Part shown: one piece after another, positions 1-8,550 of the stretch
Position numbering within the stretch: the first letter of the stretch is position 1
Layout of the letters: every line of letters starts with the position of its first letter
Assembly (NCBI GenBank): GCA_041659405.1
Contig: JBAZYK010000001.1
Location: forward strand, 60,001-92,000
Direction: 5' to 3'
Source of the DNA: Candidatus Altimarinota bacterium
GTDB taxonomy: Bacteria > Patescibacteriota > Gracilibacteria > UBA1369
DNA: 32,000 bases
The notes under the pieces: generated by a model
What the model was told of the DNA's origin: nothing
The model's database searches: none
What the model saw: only the letters and a program-made list of their open reading frames with translations
Translations under genes and position numbers: made by a program

Positions 1-310
1 GATCTGTTGGGTCAACTGCTTCCGGGCGGGATCCACTTGCTACATAACTTGGAGTTGAGCCTGGTCTTGAACCGCTTGTTGATGTTGTTGTTGGTCGAGA
101 TCCGGCTACTGTGTATGTTGGACTGGAACCTGGTCTTGCGCCCGTTACTGCGCTGTATGGAACCATTTGAACGTTGGATTTCACCCATGAACTTTGAACT
201 GGAATATAAGCAATTGGCTGTGCCGGCTTCAAGTTGTATACGGCATTTACGTCTAGTGGAAGCGTACAAATCGCCGCAATAATGATGATTTTTTTAGTAA
301 TATTCAGCAT
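1..310 (-). CDS. Partial CDS running off the window edge: exported low-complexity protein, MLNITKKIIIIAAICTLPLDVNAVYNLKPAQPIAYIPVQSSWVKSNVQMVPYSAVTGARPGSSPTYTVAGSRPTTTSTSGSRPGSTPSYVASGSRPEAVDPTD...
   Basis: Manual minus-strand translation from ATG at 310 to the window edge without a stop. Lys-rich then hydrophobic N-terminus resembling a signal peptide, then GSRPGSTPS-type repeats. Absent from the ORF track because the 3' end is outside the window. Confidence 0.7.
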   Translation of the reverse strand, partial: MLNITKKIIIIAAICTLPLDVNAVYNLKPAQPIAYIPVQSSWVKSNVQMVPYSAVTGARPGSSPTYTVAGSRPTTTSTSGSRPGSTPSYVASGSRPEAVDPTD

Positions 311-395
311 ACGATGGGGTTTATTGGAGAAATTGATTAAAAGGGTATCTTTTTACCATATTTTTTCAATCCTTGTCAACACGCAAAATACCTTT

Positions 396-893
396 TTAAT
401 AATGGTACGTCTTCCCTTTCATTATTGTACAAGCGCGATAAAGCTGTTCCATTAACAAAACTCGAATCATTTCGTGCGTAAAAGTAAAAGCCGAAAATGA
501 AAGTTGATAATGCGCTGCCTTTAAAACCTCATCAGAAAGGCCAAAAGGTCCTCCAATAATAAAAGTAATATGACCCGGACCAAAATCGATTTTTTGCTTC
601 AAAAATTCGGCAAATTTTACAGAATTCAGGGATTGTCCTTTTTCGGTAAGGGCAATTATGAAGCTATTTTCCGGCAAACGTTTGGTCTGAATTTGTTTAA
701 GGATTTCCTGGCCCTCTTTGTTTTTGGCAGATAACCGGCCACTTTCGCTTGCTGACCCCTGTGGCGCCACGGATTCTTTGATGGTAATAACCTCAATTTT
801 GGCAAAAGCCTGAAGTCTTTTTAAATATTCCTGCTCGGCCTCCTGAAAAAACCGATGTTTGGTTTTGCTGATTTGAATAATGGTGATCTTCAT
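396..893 (-). CDS. rlmH: 23S rRNA (pseudouridine1915-N3)-methyltransferase RlmH
   Basis: MKITIIQISKTK...ITIKES..., IALTEKGQSLNSVKFAEFL, ITFIIGGPFGLSDEV, LSFSAFTFTHEMIRVLLMEQLYRACTIMKGKTYHY are diagnostic of RlmH. ATG at 893 is preferred over the 1028 start in the track. Confidence 0.95.
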   Translation of the reverse strand: MKITIIQISKTKHRFFQEAEQEYLKRLQAFAKIEVITIKESVAPQGSASESGRLSAKNKEGQEILKQIQTKRLPENSFIIALTEKGQSLNSVKFAEFLKQKIDFGPGHITFIIGGPFGLSDEVLKAAHYQLSFSAFTFTHEMIRVLLMEQLYRACTIMKGKTYHY

Positions 894-1070
894 GGTTTGA
901 TCTTCAGCCTGCAGCTTAAAATTGTCAAATTGCCAGGTTGATGCAGTTATGGTCACCGTTGCGAACCGCCGACCTTTTATCCTGCAAGCGCTGCCGTTAC
1001 TGCACGTTCCGCATTGCCCCGCAGCCATTTAAAATTTCGCAGATGCAATTCTTTTTGCTTGTCCGTACTT

Positions 1071-2333
1071 TTAGCCAGAATTGGCCATTCTCTTTGCGAT
1101 CACCATCTGATCAATTTTAAATTTTGGTGAAGATTTATCCGCTTCAAGTTGGATTTTCCAATTTTGCACGCCCGTTTGCGGATTTCGATCTTGATGGCCA
1201 GTTTGGTTGTTTATCGGTGAAAGTTCCTCGTTTTTTATAAGTCCATGATGCGCAAATTGATGATGAATTTTGCAAAGTGGAACGATGGAATTTGAATCGT
1301 GTAGCATTTCCAGTGAAAATCTTTTGGCGTGATGTTGATTGATTGCCGGATTTTTGCAGCCGGGATATCCGCACATCTCCCCATATTTTTCCTTCAGTTG
1401 ACGCTGAATTTCTGCCGGAATGTGCCGCGTGGGTTTTGCAGGTGAATGTTTTGATTTTTCCTTTTGTGTTGAGATATTTTTGGATTTTATTTCTGCGACA
1501 TGTTCAGCCCTAAAGCTCTTCTTTGCGCCTTTTGGTACGTCTTTTCCCGAAGTTTTTTGCTTTATTTCTGCTACTTTAACCGTCCCGGATTGTGAAGCTT
1601 CTCGTTCATCCAACAAATATTCCAAAACTTCATCCCAATTTAGTACTTTTTTCAATTGTTTTTCAAGTTTGTGTTTGTAGAGTCTGAACTTCATTTCCGT
1701 GGAAATTTTTATGTGAAAATTAAAACTTGTTTTTTGAAAATCTTCTGCTGGAATATCCTTTCCGGCAACGGAGGCCTCAAAAATGGCTTGCTGCTGCGGA
1801 GACGTTGACTCGTGTGTAAAAACATTCTCCTGTTTATCGTTTTCTGCGCTGTTGACTGCTGCACGATCATCGAAAAGATTTTTTTGCGCGCTAGTGCCTG
1901 ACGCACTTCCGTCAATTTGTGATTTCAAATTTTCCCGCATTTGCTGATCACGAATTTCTTTTGTGAAGGCTTGCAGAGTGGCGTAAGTCATAGTTTGAAC
2001 TTTTTCGACCCAGATTTTTTCTGTTTCTGGTGTTGCAATGTTGGCAACCAGTTCCAATTTTGCCCAACCCTGTTCAACCATCAGTGCTCTCAATAACGGC
2101 ATATTTTCAAGTTTTTTATCGATTCTTAAAATTTTATCTACGGTTTCATGGCCCATCCCGGCCAACTTTGCGGCAAATTCGCGGATTGAATGGAAGCCAA
2201 ATTCGCGGTACATGCCGCGATTGGCAACTTCGATCAAGTAAACTGCGAACTGTTTTTGCAGTTTCCTGATATTTGAGCCGCATTCCCGGCATAAACGCAG
2301 TAATTCTTTATTGGGAATTTTTGTGATTTGCAT
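1071..2333 (-). CDS. HNH endonuclease-domain protein with helical N-terminal region
   Basis: C-terminal CGYPGCKNPAINQHHAKRFSLEMLHDSNSIVPLCKIHHQFAHHG matches the HNH fold with Cys pairs; charged low-complexity linker in the middle. Confidence 0.8.
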   Translation of the reverse strand: MQITKIPNKELLRLCRECGSNIRKLQKQFAVYLIEVANRGMYREFGFHSIREFAAKLAGMGHETVDKILRIDKKLENMPLLRALMVEQGWAKLELVANIATPETEKIWVEKVQTMTYATLQAFTKEIRDQQMRENLKSQIDGSASGTSAQKNLFDDRAAVNSAENDKQENVFTHESTSPQQQAIFEASVAGKDIPAEDFQKTSFNFHIKISTEMKFRLYKHKLEKQLKKVLNWDEVLEYLLDEREASQSGTVKVAEIKQKTSGKDVPKGAKKSFRAEHVAEIKSKNISTQKEKSKHSPAKPTRHIPAEIQRQLKEKYGEMCGYPGCKNPAINQHHAKRFSLEMLHDSNSIVPLCKIHHQFAHHGLIKNEELSPINNQTGHQDRNPQTGVQNWKIQLEADKSSPKFKIDQMVIAKRMANSG

Positions 2334-2713
2334 AAAAATTTGTGTTAATTTTTAATTCTTTTTTGTACGAATATTTTCTCAAATCTGCAAAATAATACAA
2401 GCTATTTTTGGCTTACTTATGCTACAAGAACATATTTTTCGTTTTTCTATTTTTCAAGAAAGATGGCCCGGAATTTTAAATCAATTTAAAACTTAAACTT
2501 TCATTTAAAACGCGTAAAACTCAAAAAAACAAAATAAGTTTCAGTTCGTATCGCCTCCCCGATTTCACAACAATTATGAAAGAAAAAATTTGGCCAAAAA
2601 ACCGTCAAGCGGAATTGAAAATCTTGCAAACACATAAAACTGAATTAAAGTTAATAAAAAATCCATTTTTTCTTTATAGAAAGGCAATAGGTCCAAGATT
2701 TACGGCTCGCGGC

Positions 2714-2741
2714 TTGCTTCATTGTAAAAATATGATATAAT
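2714..2741 (+). promoter_or_regulatory. Sigma70-like promoter for the 2779 ORF
   Basis: TTGCTT (2714-2719), 16-nt spacer, TATAAT (2736-2741), 38 nt upstream of the ATG. Confidence 0.55.
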
Positions 2742-2778
2742 AGTTATACGTAGTATTTACCCTTTGTTCTTCAAATAA

Positions 2779-3015
2779 ATGTCAGACGTAGAATCAAATA
2801 AAGAACATCCACGAAAAGCAGAAGTCGCCAAAAAAAGTGATTTACATGTGGAGAGCGGTTTGGCTAAGGTTTTTTTTGCTCGAATTAAAAGACTTTTAAA
2901 ATTTGATTGGCTAACAGAAAAAGGATCCTGGTGGAACGATAAAAATCCAAGTAAGGGCAGCTCGCCTGAAGATGGAAGGGATAAGAGTAAAAATGCTAAA
3001 GATCCGTGGCAGTAA
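2779..3015 (+). CDS. Small charged hypothetical protein (78 aa)
   Basis: ORF preceded by a plausible promoter; no recognised domain. Confidence 0.55.
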   Translation: MSDVESNKEHPRKAEVAKKSDLHVESGLAKVFFARIKRLLKFDWLTEKGSWWNDKNPSKGSSPEDGRDKSKNAKDPWQ

Positions 3016-3131
3016 AATCCGCTAATTCATCATTTTTGATGATTTCAGAAATTTTGAGGTATAATGCTGGGTGCAGGAATTCTTACGTCCAAAATCATAA
3101 ATCCTGCTTCATATTTCCTACTTCATAAATT

Positions 3132-3623
3132 ATGGCTTCTGAATTTTCGTTTGATGTGGTTTCGGAATTTGATTTTCAGGAACTGCGGAACGCGGTTGAT
3201 CAGGTTCAAAGGGAAATTTTAACCCGATATGATTTTAAGGGAACGCATACCGAGGTAACTTTATCGGACGATAATATTGTGGTGCTTGTGCCGGATACAA
3301 TGAAGTTGAAAGCGGTTCAGGATATGCTTTTTCAAAAAGTGGTTAATCGAAAATTATCGCCAAAAATTTTCAAATTGGGAGACCCGGAACCGGCGGCAAT
3401 GGGTGCTCTGCGCCAAACCATTACTTTAATTAAGGTGCTCGACCAGGAAACCTCCAAAAAGATTTCAAAAATAATCAAAGAAAAATTCCCAAAAGTTAAA
3501 GCGAGTATCCAGGGTGACTCGGTGCGTATTTCGTCCAAGAGCAAAGATGATTTGCAGGCGGCGATGGCTCAACTTAGACAAGAATCGCTGAGTGTCCCGC
3601 TGGATTTTACGAATTTCAGATAA
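3132..3623 (+). CDS. YajQ/UPF0234 family nucleotide-binding protein
   Basis: MASEFSFDVVSEFDFQELRNAVDQVQREILTRYDFKG...KLSPKIFKLGDPEPAAMGALRQTITLIKVLDQETSKKISKIIKEKFPKVKASIQGDSVRISSKSKDDLQAAM is characteristic. Confidence 0.95.
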   Translation: MASEFSFDVVSEFDFQELRNAVDQVQREILTRYDFKGTHTEVTLSDDNIVVLVPDTMKLKAVQDMLFQKVVNRKLSPKIFKLGDPEPAAMGALRQTITLIKVLDQETSKKISKIIKEKFPKVKASIQGDSVRISSKSKDDLQAAMAQLRQESLSVPLDFTNFR

Positions 3624-3624
3624 G

Positions 3625-5235
3625 ATGGATATGATGAATGAACATTCAGAAAGATCGGGGAATCAGGATCATGCTGCCAATCAGCGCACACTGCATAAAG
3701 GAGACGAAATTGAATTAACGATCGAAAATTTGGCTTTTGGTGGAGAAGGTATTGCCAAGATTCAAATCGGTGAACGTTTTTTTACGATTTTTGTGGAGGA
3801 GGTTGTTCCGGGCGATAAAGTTTTGGTGCAGATTAATCATAAAAAAAGTAGTTGGGCCCGCGGATTTGTGAAAAAACTAATTGAACCTTCATTACTTCGA
3901 ATTCGGCCAAGGTGTAAGCATTTTGCGGATTTGGCAAAAGCGCCAGAGGTTCAAAAAAACTCCGCGAATCTCTCTGGAAAAATGGCCACTGTTCCAAAGG
4001 GCTGTGGCGGTTGTGCCTGGCAATTTTTGTCTTATGAAGATCAATTAAAATTCAAAGAACAACAAGTGCGGGATGCATTTGAACGAATTGGAAATGTAAA
4101 AAATCCGCCGGTTTTGCCGATTATGGGAGTGGCACGCGAGCCCTGGTTTTATCGGAATAAAATGGAATTCAGTTTTCATAAAACGCTGGATGGACGCATT
4201 GATCTGGGGCTTCACTGCAAGCGCCAGCATTATGATGTGATTGAACTTACGGAATGTTTTTTGCTTGGCGATTACGTTGGTGAATTGGTTAAAGAGGCGC
4301 GGGAATTTTTTAGGAAACTTGATGCAGAAAAAAAGCTTGATCCGGAAATTATTTTAAAAACTTTAACGATTCGTGAAGGAAAACACACGGGTGAAAAAAT
4401 GCTGATACTGACAGCAGAAAATGGCAAGGTGGAAGGTGATGGCGATAATGTGGAGTTCGCTCGTATGGCTAATTCATCGCTTCCGGCAGGTAACGCCGCG
4501 AGTCGACCGTTGGAGTCTTTTAAAAACTGGGCTTTGGATTTTTTTCAAAAAAGAAATTTACAATTGAACAGTCTTTATTTTATCCACATTCAAAGTCAAA
4601 AAGGAAAACGCACGGAATTAAAGGAATATTTAATTCATGGTAAACCAACAATTCGTGAAGAAATTCATTTGGACGAAAAGATGGCACTCACTTTTGATAT
4701 TTCTCCGCAGGCTTTTTTTCAGCCGAATACTTTGCAAGCCGGAAAACTTTATTCCGTAGCCATGCAAGCGGCGAAACTACAAGGAAAAGAAATTGTTTAT
4801 GATCTGTTTTGTGGAACCGGGACGATTGGAATTTTTTGTGCGCAACGTGCCAAAAAAGTTTATGGAATAGAATTAAATGCGAGTGCTTTGGAAAACGCGC
4901 GTCAGAATGCGCAATTAAACAACGTGAAAAATGTGGAGTTTTTTGTGGGAGATGTTGATCACCTGTTGTCTGAATTGAAAGAAGAACCGGATGTTATTAT
5001 TGTTGATCCTCCGCGCAATGGCTTAATGCCTTCTGTCGTTGCGCAGCTTATTGAAAAATTGCAAAAGTCCAAATCACTTTCACGTCTGGTTTATGTTTCC
5101 TGCAATCCATCAACTATGGCGCGTGATGCGCAGCTTTTAATTAAAGGCGGTTATGTTTTAAAGAGTGTGCAGCCGGTGGATATGTTTCCGCAAACCTATC
5201 ACATTGAAAATGTGGCTTTGTTTGAGCGCGCATAA
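3625..5235 (+). CDS. TrmA/RlmD-family RNA m5U methyltransferase (Fe-S type)
   Basis: TRAM-like N-terminus, CGGCAWQ, FYRNKMEFSFH, YDLFCGTGTIGIF, VYGIELNASALENARQNAQLN, VIIVDPPRNGL, LVYVSCNPSTMARD, DMFPQTYHIENVALF. Start placed at MDMMNEHSERSG after the yajQ-like stop. Confidence 0.93.
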   Translation: MDMMNEHSERSGNQDHAANQRTLHKGDEIELTIENLAFGGEGIAKIQIGERFFTIFVEEVVPGDKVLVQINHKKSSWARGFVKKLIEPSLLRIRPRCKHFADLAKAPEVQKNSANLSGKMATVPKGCGGCAWQFLSYEDQLKFKEQQVRDAFERIGNVKNPPVLPIMGVAREPWFYRNKMEFSFHKTLDGRIDLGLHCKRQHYDVIELTECFLLGDYVGELVKEAREFFRKLDAEKKLDPEIILKTLTIREGKHTGEKMLILTAENGKVEGDGDNVEFARMANSSLPAGNAASRPLESFKNWALDFFQKRNLQLNSLYFIHIQSQKGKRTELKEYLIHGKPTIREEIHLDEKMALTFDISPQAFFQPNTLQAGKLYSVAMQAAKLQGKEIVYDLFCGTGTIGIFCAQRAKKVYGIELNASALENARQNAQLNNVKNVEFFVGDVDHLLSELKEEPDVIIVDPPRNGLMPSVVAQLIEKLQKSKSLSRLVYVSCNPSTMARDAQLLIKGGYVLKSVQPVDMFPQTYHIENVALFERA

Positions 5236-5264
5236 TTTAGTTCAGGCAATTGGCCTCGCGCTAC

Positions 5265-5298
5265 AAAAAAGGACCCCCGTTTTTGGAGAGTCCTTTTT
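5265..5298. terminator. Bidirectional intrinsic terminator between convergent genes
   Basis: aaaaaaGGACccccgtttttggagaGTCCttttt: A-rich/GGAC stem pairing with GTCC/T-tract, usable in both directions. Confidence 0.75.
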
Positions 5299-5331
5299 AA
5301 AATTTACAATTTGAGAGCTACCGTTTTAGCT

Positions 5332-5595
5332 TTATTTTTTGAAGTTTTCAGGTAGTTTTGAACCTTTAACAAGGGCGGCAAGTCCACCAACAATCATGTA
5401 TAAAAATACTACGGTTGCTTCACGTGTGAGCAAAATGTAATAAGAAACTATTCCGCTTTTAACATCAAAAAGTGGGAGTGCCGGAGTACCAAAAAATGCC
5501 CAGATGTACATAGCAATATTGAGTAAAAACTCAAGCAGTAAAAGTACAGCGATGGTGTTGCAAATCCCCATCAGTAATTTTTTGTTTAAGAGCAT
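5332..5595 (-). CDS. Small membrane protein (87 aa)
   Basis: Two hydrophobic segments (GICNTIAVLLLLEFLLNIAMYIWAFF; VVFLYMIVGGLAALV), placed next to a terminator. Confidence 0.6.
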   Translation of the reverse strand: MLLNKKLLMGICNTIAVLLLLEFLLNIAMYIWAFFGTPALPLFDVKSGIVSYYILLTREATVVFLYMIVGGLAALVKGSKLPENFKK

Positions 5596-5732
5596 ACGTG
5601 AAGGTTAAAAAATAATTTTCTTAATTGTACGGGAGTGTATTTTTTTTTACAAGAAACTTGGGTCTTTTGCCGCTAAATGGTCTTGATCAACGTAGGATTT
5701 GTTTTAGGGGTGTAATGAGCAAGACCTATGCT

Positions 5733-7040
5733 TTATTTCATTTTTTTCACAAATTCGAGTGCCTGTTTTTTGGTTTTTATTTTTCCTTCAAGTTGTTGTT
5801 CAAATGCCTGTTCCAAAATTTCACCAATGCGTTTTCCTGGCTTTAGGCCTAGTAATTCCATGATATCTTCGCCATGCAAAAGTGGGCGCGGCAGCTTGGA
5901 CATTTTCTTAATTGACTCCTGGTAAAGTTCACGCACCTGATCAACAATTTCCAAATCCTGGGGTGTTGTTCCACGGGCATCGGACTCAAATAATTTCAGC
6001 AAATCTTTAAAATATGGATGCAAAAACCAGTGCATTCTGCGACCTTCCGGCATGGTTAAAAGTGACAGCAGCATCATGTGATGTTGCACCAGCCAACAAA
6101 CTTCATCAATAACTTTATTTTCAAAATGAAGACGCGTAAGCAGCTTATTTGCAATCTCGTAGGAGGCGTGATCATGATGATCAAACCGAATGCGTTCTTT
6201 TACACTAAAAGTTTTTGGTTTTCCAACATCATGCAGTAAAGTTGCCCAACGCAAGGTTAATGAAGCATCTTCCGAAAGCGTAGCCAACGATTGCATGGCA
6301 TGATTCCAGACATCACCTTCCTGATGATATTGATAAGGCTGCGCAACACCTTTCATTGTCTGTAATTCCGGCAAAATTATTTTTAAAACGCCGGTATCCT
6401 CCAAATCCTGAAAAGCGTTTACGGCATAAGGCGAAATAATCATTTTATTCAGCTCATCACGAATGCGTTCATTGGAAACTTTGTCGATCAAAAGCGAAGA
6501 ATGTTTTAGCAGCGCATTGTAAGTCTCGGGATCATACTGAAAATTAAGAACATTTTTAAAACGAATCGCACGCAAAACGCGTAAATGATCTTCCATAATG
6601 CGCTCATTTGGATTGCCAATAAATCTGATCAGCCGCGCATCAAGATCCTTTTGTCCGTCAACATAATCAAGCACTTTATCCTCCAGCGGATCATAAAACA
6701 TACCATTGATTGTAAAATCGCGACGCTTGGCATCTTCCTCCGCACTGGTAAAAATAACCGCATCGGGACGGCGTCCATCCGAGTAACCGCTATCCGAACG
6801 AAACGTGGCAATTTCAAAATGATGACCATCAACAATCGCCAAAATAACACCAAATTGTTTGCCGATTGGAATGGTATGACTTAGGATTTTTTCGATTTCT
6901 TCGGGCTTGGCGTTTGTAACAATATCAAAGTCTTTTGGCTTGATACCGAGCAACATATCACGAACACAACCGCCGGCCCAATAAGCCTCGAATCCGGCTT
7001 TTTTAAATTTTTTGATGATTTCGACAGAGGTAACTTTCAC
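5733..7040 (-). CDS. cca: CCA tRNA nucleotidyltransferase with HD domain
   Basis: YWAGGCVRDMLLGIKPKDFDIVTNAKPEEI, DAVIFTSAEEDAKRRDFTINGMFYDP, DHLRVLRAIRF, HDVGKP motif. GTG start. Confidence 0.93.
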   Translation of the reverse strand: MKVTSVEIIKKFKKAGFEAYWAGGCVRDMLLGIKPKDFDIVTNAKPEEIEKILSHTIPIGKQFGVILAIVDGHHFEIATFRSDSGYSDGRRPDAVIFTSAEEDAKRRDFTINGMFYDPLEDKVLDYVDGQKDLDARLIRFIGNPNERIMEDHLRVLRAIRFKNVLNFQYDPETYNALLKHSSLLIDKVSNERIRDELNKMIISPYAVNAFQDLEDTGVLKIILPELQTMKGVAQPYQYHQEGDVWNHAMQSLATLSEDASLTLRWATLLHDVGKPKTFSVKERIRFDHHDHASYEIANKLLTRLHFENKVIDEVCWLVQHHMMLLSLLTMPEGRRMHWFLHPYFKDLLKLFESDARGTTPQDLEIVDQVRELYQESIKKMSKLPRPLLHGEDIMELLGLKPGKRIGEILEQAFEQQLEGKIKTKKQALEFVKKMK

Positions 7041-7046
7041 GCGTAT

Positions 7047-7052
7047 ATTATA
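7047..7052 (-). promoter_or_regulatory. Extended -10 (TGcTATAAT) immediately upstream of the cca GTG
   Basis: Minus strand reads ...catgcTATAATatacgcGTG. The -10 ends 6-7 nt before the start codon; no good -35. Confidence 0.4.
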
Positions 7053-7160
7053 GCATGAATTTGGCAGCGAATGTTTGAATTTATTGACAAATGATCATTG
7101 TTTTATAGAGAATGCCCGTGTAGGTAAAAGATCTATGGCTTACTTTAAAGGTGAATTTTT

Positions 7161-8477
7161 ATGATTATCCTGGGAATTGAAACATCTTGCGATGAAACGG
7201 CGGCGGCGGTCGTGGAAAATGGCACGATTGTGCATTCAAACGTGATCGCGTCGCAAATTGCGCTGCACCAAATTACGGGCGGCGTGGTGCCGGAAGTGGC
7301 TGCGCGCGAGCATGTCCTTAAAATTATTCCGGTGATTGAAGAGGCTCTGAAGATTGCGGGGGTAAGCCTGAAGAAGGCTGGAAAATCGCAAAAAAGAGGT
7401 GGCAAATCCGGCAAAAATTTCGGTTTACAGGATTTGGATGCGATTGCTGTTACGCGTGGCCCGGGGCTTTTAAGTTCGCTGATTATTGGGGTAAGCGCCG
7501 CCTCTACTTTGGCTATGGTTAGTGGCAAACCATTAATTCCGGTTAATCATATTGCCGGACATATTTATGCCAATTGGCTCGGTGAAAAAGCAAATGATCC
7601 GGTGCAATTCCCGCTGGTTACACTAACCGTTTCCGGTGGGCACAATGAGCTTGTTTATATGAAAGATCATGTGCATTTTGAACTGCTTGGAGAAACTTTG
7701 GATGATGCTGCCGGTGAAGCTTTTGATAAGGTTGCACGACTACTCGGACTTGGTTATCCCGGTGGGCCGGCGATTTCAAAGACGGCTGAAAATGGCGATG
7801 CGCAGCGTTTTAAATTACCAAGAGCATATATTAATGAAAACAGTTATGATTTCAGTTTTTCGGGTTTGAAAACTGCAGTTTTGAATTTGGTGAAAGCAGA
7901 ATATGCACGGGAATTGGCGGACAGCTCGCAAAAAAGCTCATCCCAAAATGGCGGCGCAAATGCGAATAAATTTTCGCTAAGTCCGCAGTTTATTGCTGAC
8001 TGTGCGGCGTCTTTTCAGGAAGCTGTTTGTGAAATTTTGTCGGATAAATTGCTGCGTGCGGCGCAAGAATATAGCGCAAAAGCCGGCTATGCTGTGGTAA
8101 AAGAGATCCATTTGGCCGGAGGAGTTTCGGCTAATCGACGTTTGCGCGCAATGGTCGCAGAAAAAATTGAGCAGGGATATTTTTGTGATCATAAGGGTAG
8201 AAAAGTGGCGTTTGGATATAACCTGGAAAAAGCCATGGCGGGACAAGCAAAATCCGGCAAAGTGTCAAATGCACTTCCTCGCACTTTCAAGCCAAAACTT
8301 CGTTATGCCGAAAACATAACTTATTGTACCGATAATGCGGCCATGATTGCTGCAACCGCTTATTTCCATTTCAAAAAAGCGCCAAAACAATATATCAAGC
8401 TGGGTGCCGCACTGCTCAACGATGCTGCGTCAGGCAAACCGGTTCTGGCCGATCCTAATTTCAGTTTATTTGGCTAA
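7161..8477 (+). CDS. tsaD: tRNA N6-adenosine threonylcarbamoyltransferase TsaD
   Basis: ILGIETSCDETAAAVV, VVPEVAAREH, VTRGPGLLSSLIIG, NHIAGHIYANW, LTVSGGHNELV, DDAAGEAFDKVARLLGLGYPGGPAI, FSFSGLKTAVL, LAGGVSANRRLR, YCTDNAAMIA. Confidence 0.97.
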   Translation: MIILGIETSCDETAAAVVENGTIVHSNVIASQIALHQITGGVVPEVAAREHVLKIIPVIEEALKIAGVSLKKAGKSQKRGGKSGKNFGLQDLDAIAVTRGPGLLSSLIIGVSAASTLAMVSGKPLIPVNHIAGHIYANWLGEKANDPVQFPLVTLTVSGGHNELVYMKDHVHFELLGETLDDAAGEAFDKVARLLGLGYPGGPAISKTAENGDAQRFKLPRAYINENSYDFSFSGLKTAVLNLVKAEYARELADSSQKSSSQNGGANANKFSLSPQFIADCAASFQEAVCEILSDKLLRAAQEYSAKAGYAVVKEIHLAGGVSANRRLRAMVAEKIEQGYFCDHKGRKVAFGYNLEKAMAGQAKSGKVSNALPRTFKPKLRYAENITYCTDNAAMIAATAYFHFKKAPKQYIKLGAALLNDAASGKPVLADPNFSLFG

Positions 8478-8510
8478 GGTTTTTCTCTAGCTCATCGCTT
8501 CAAGCAATGT

Positions 8511-8516
8511 TATAAT
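8511..8516 (+). promoter_or_regulatory. Extended -10 (TGtTATAAT) upstream of hisS
   Basis: caatGTTATAATcc in the tsaD-hisS gap; the -35 is weak. Confidence 0.4.
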
Positions 8517-8550
8517 CCACTTGTTTGAAATTTTCTTATTTTTTTTGGCC

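Noticed and set aside
7-282. + strand 91-aa ORF and the -12..269 85-aa ORF
   Set aside because: Both are shadow frames of the real minus-strand secreted protein read from ATG at 310, which has a signal peptide and repeats.
894-1028. N-terminal extension of RlmH in the ORF track (MAAGQCGTCSNG...)
   Set aside because: RlmH proteins start at MKI-type sequence; the extension does not resemble the family and ATG at 893 is available.
938-1120. + strand 60-aa Cys-containing ORF
   Set aside because: Overlaps the rlmH/HNH gap and coding ends, with no coding signature.
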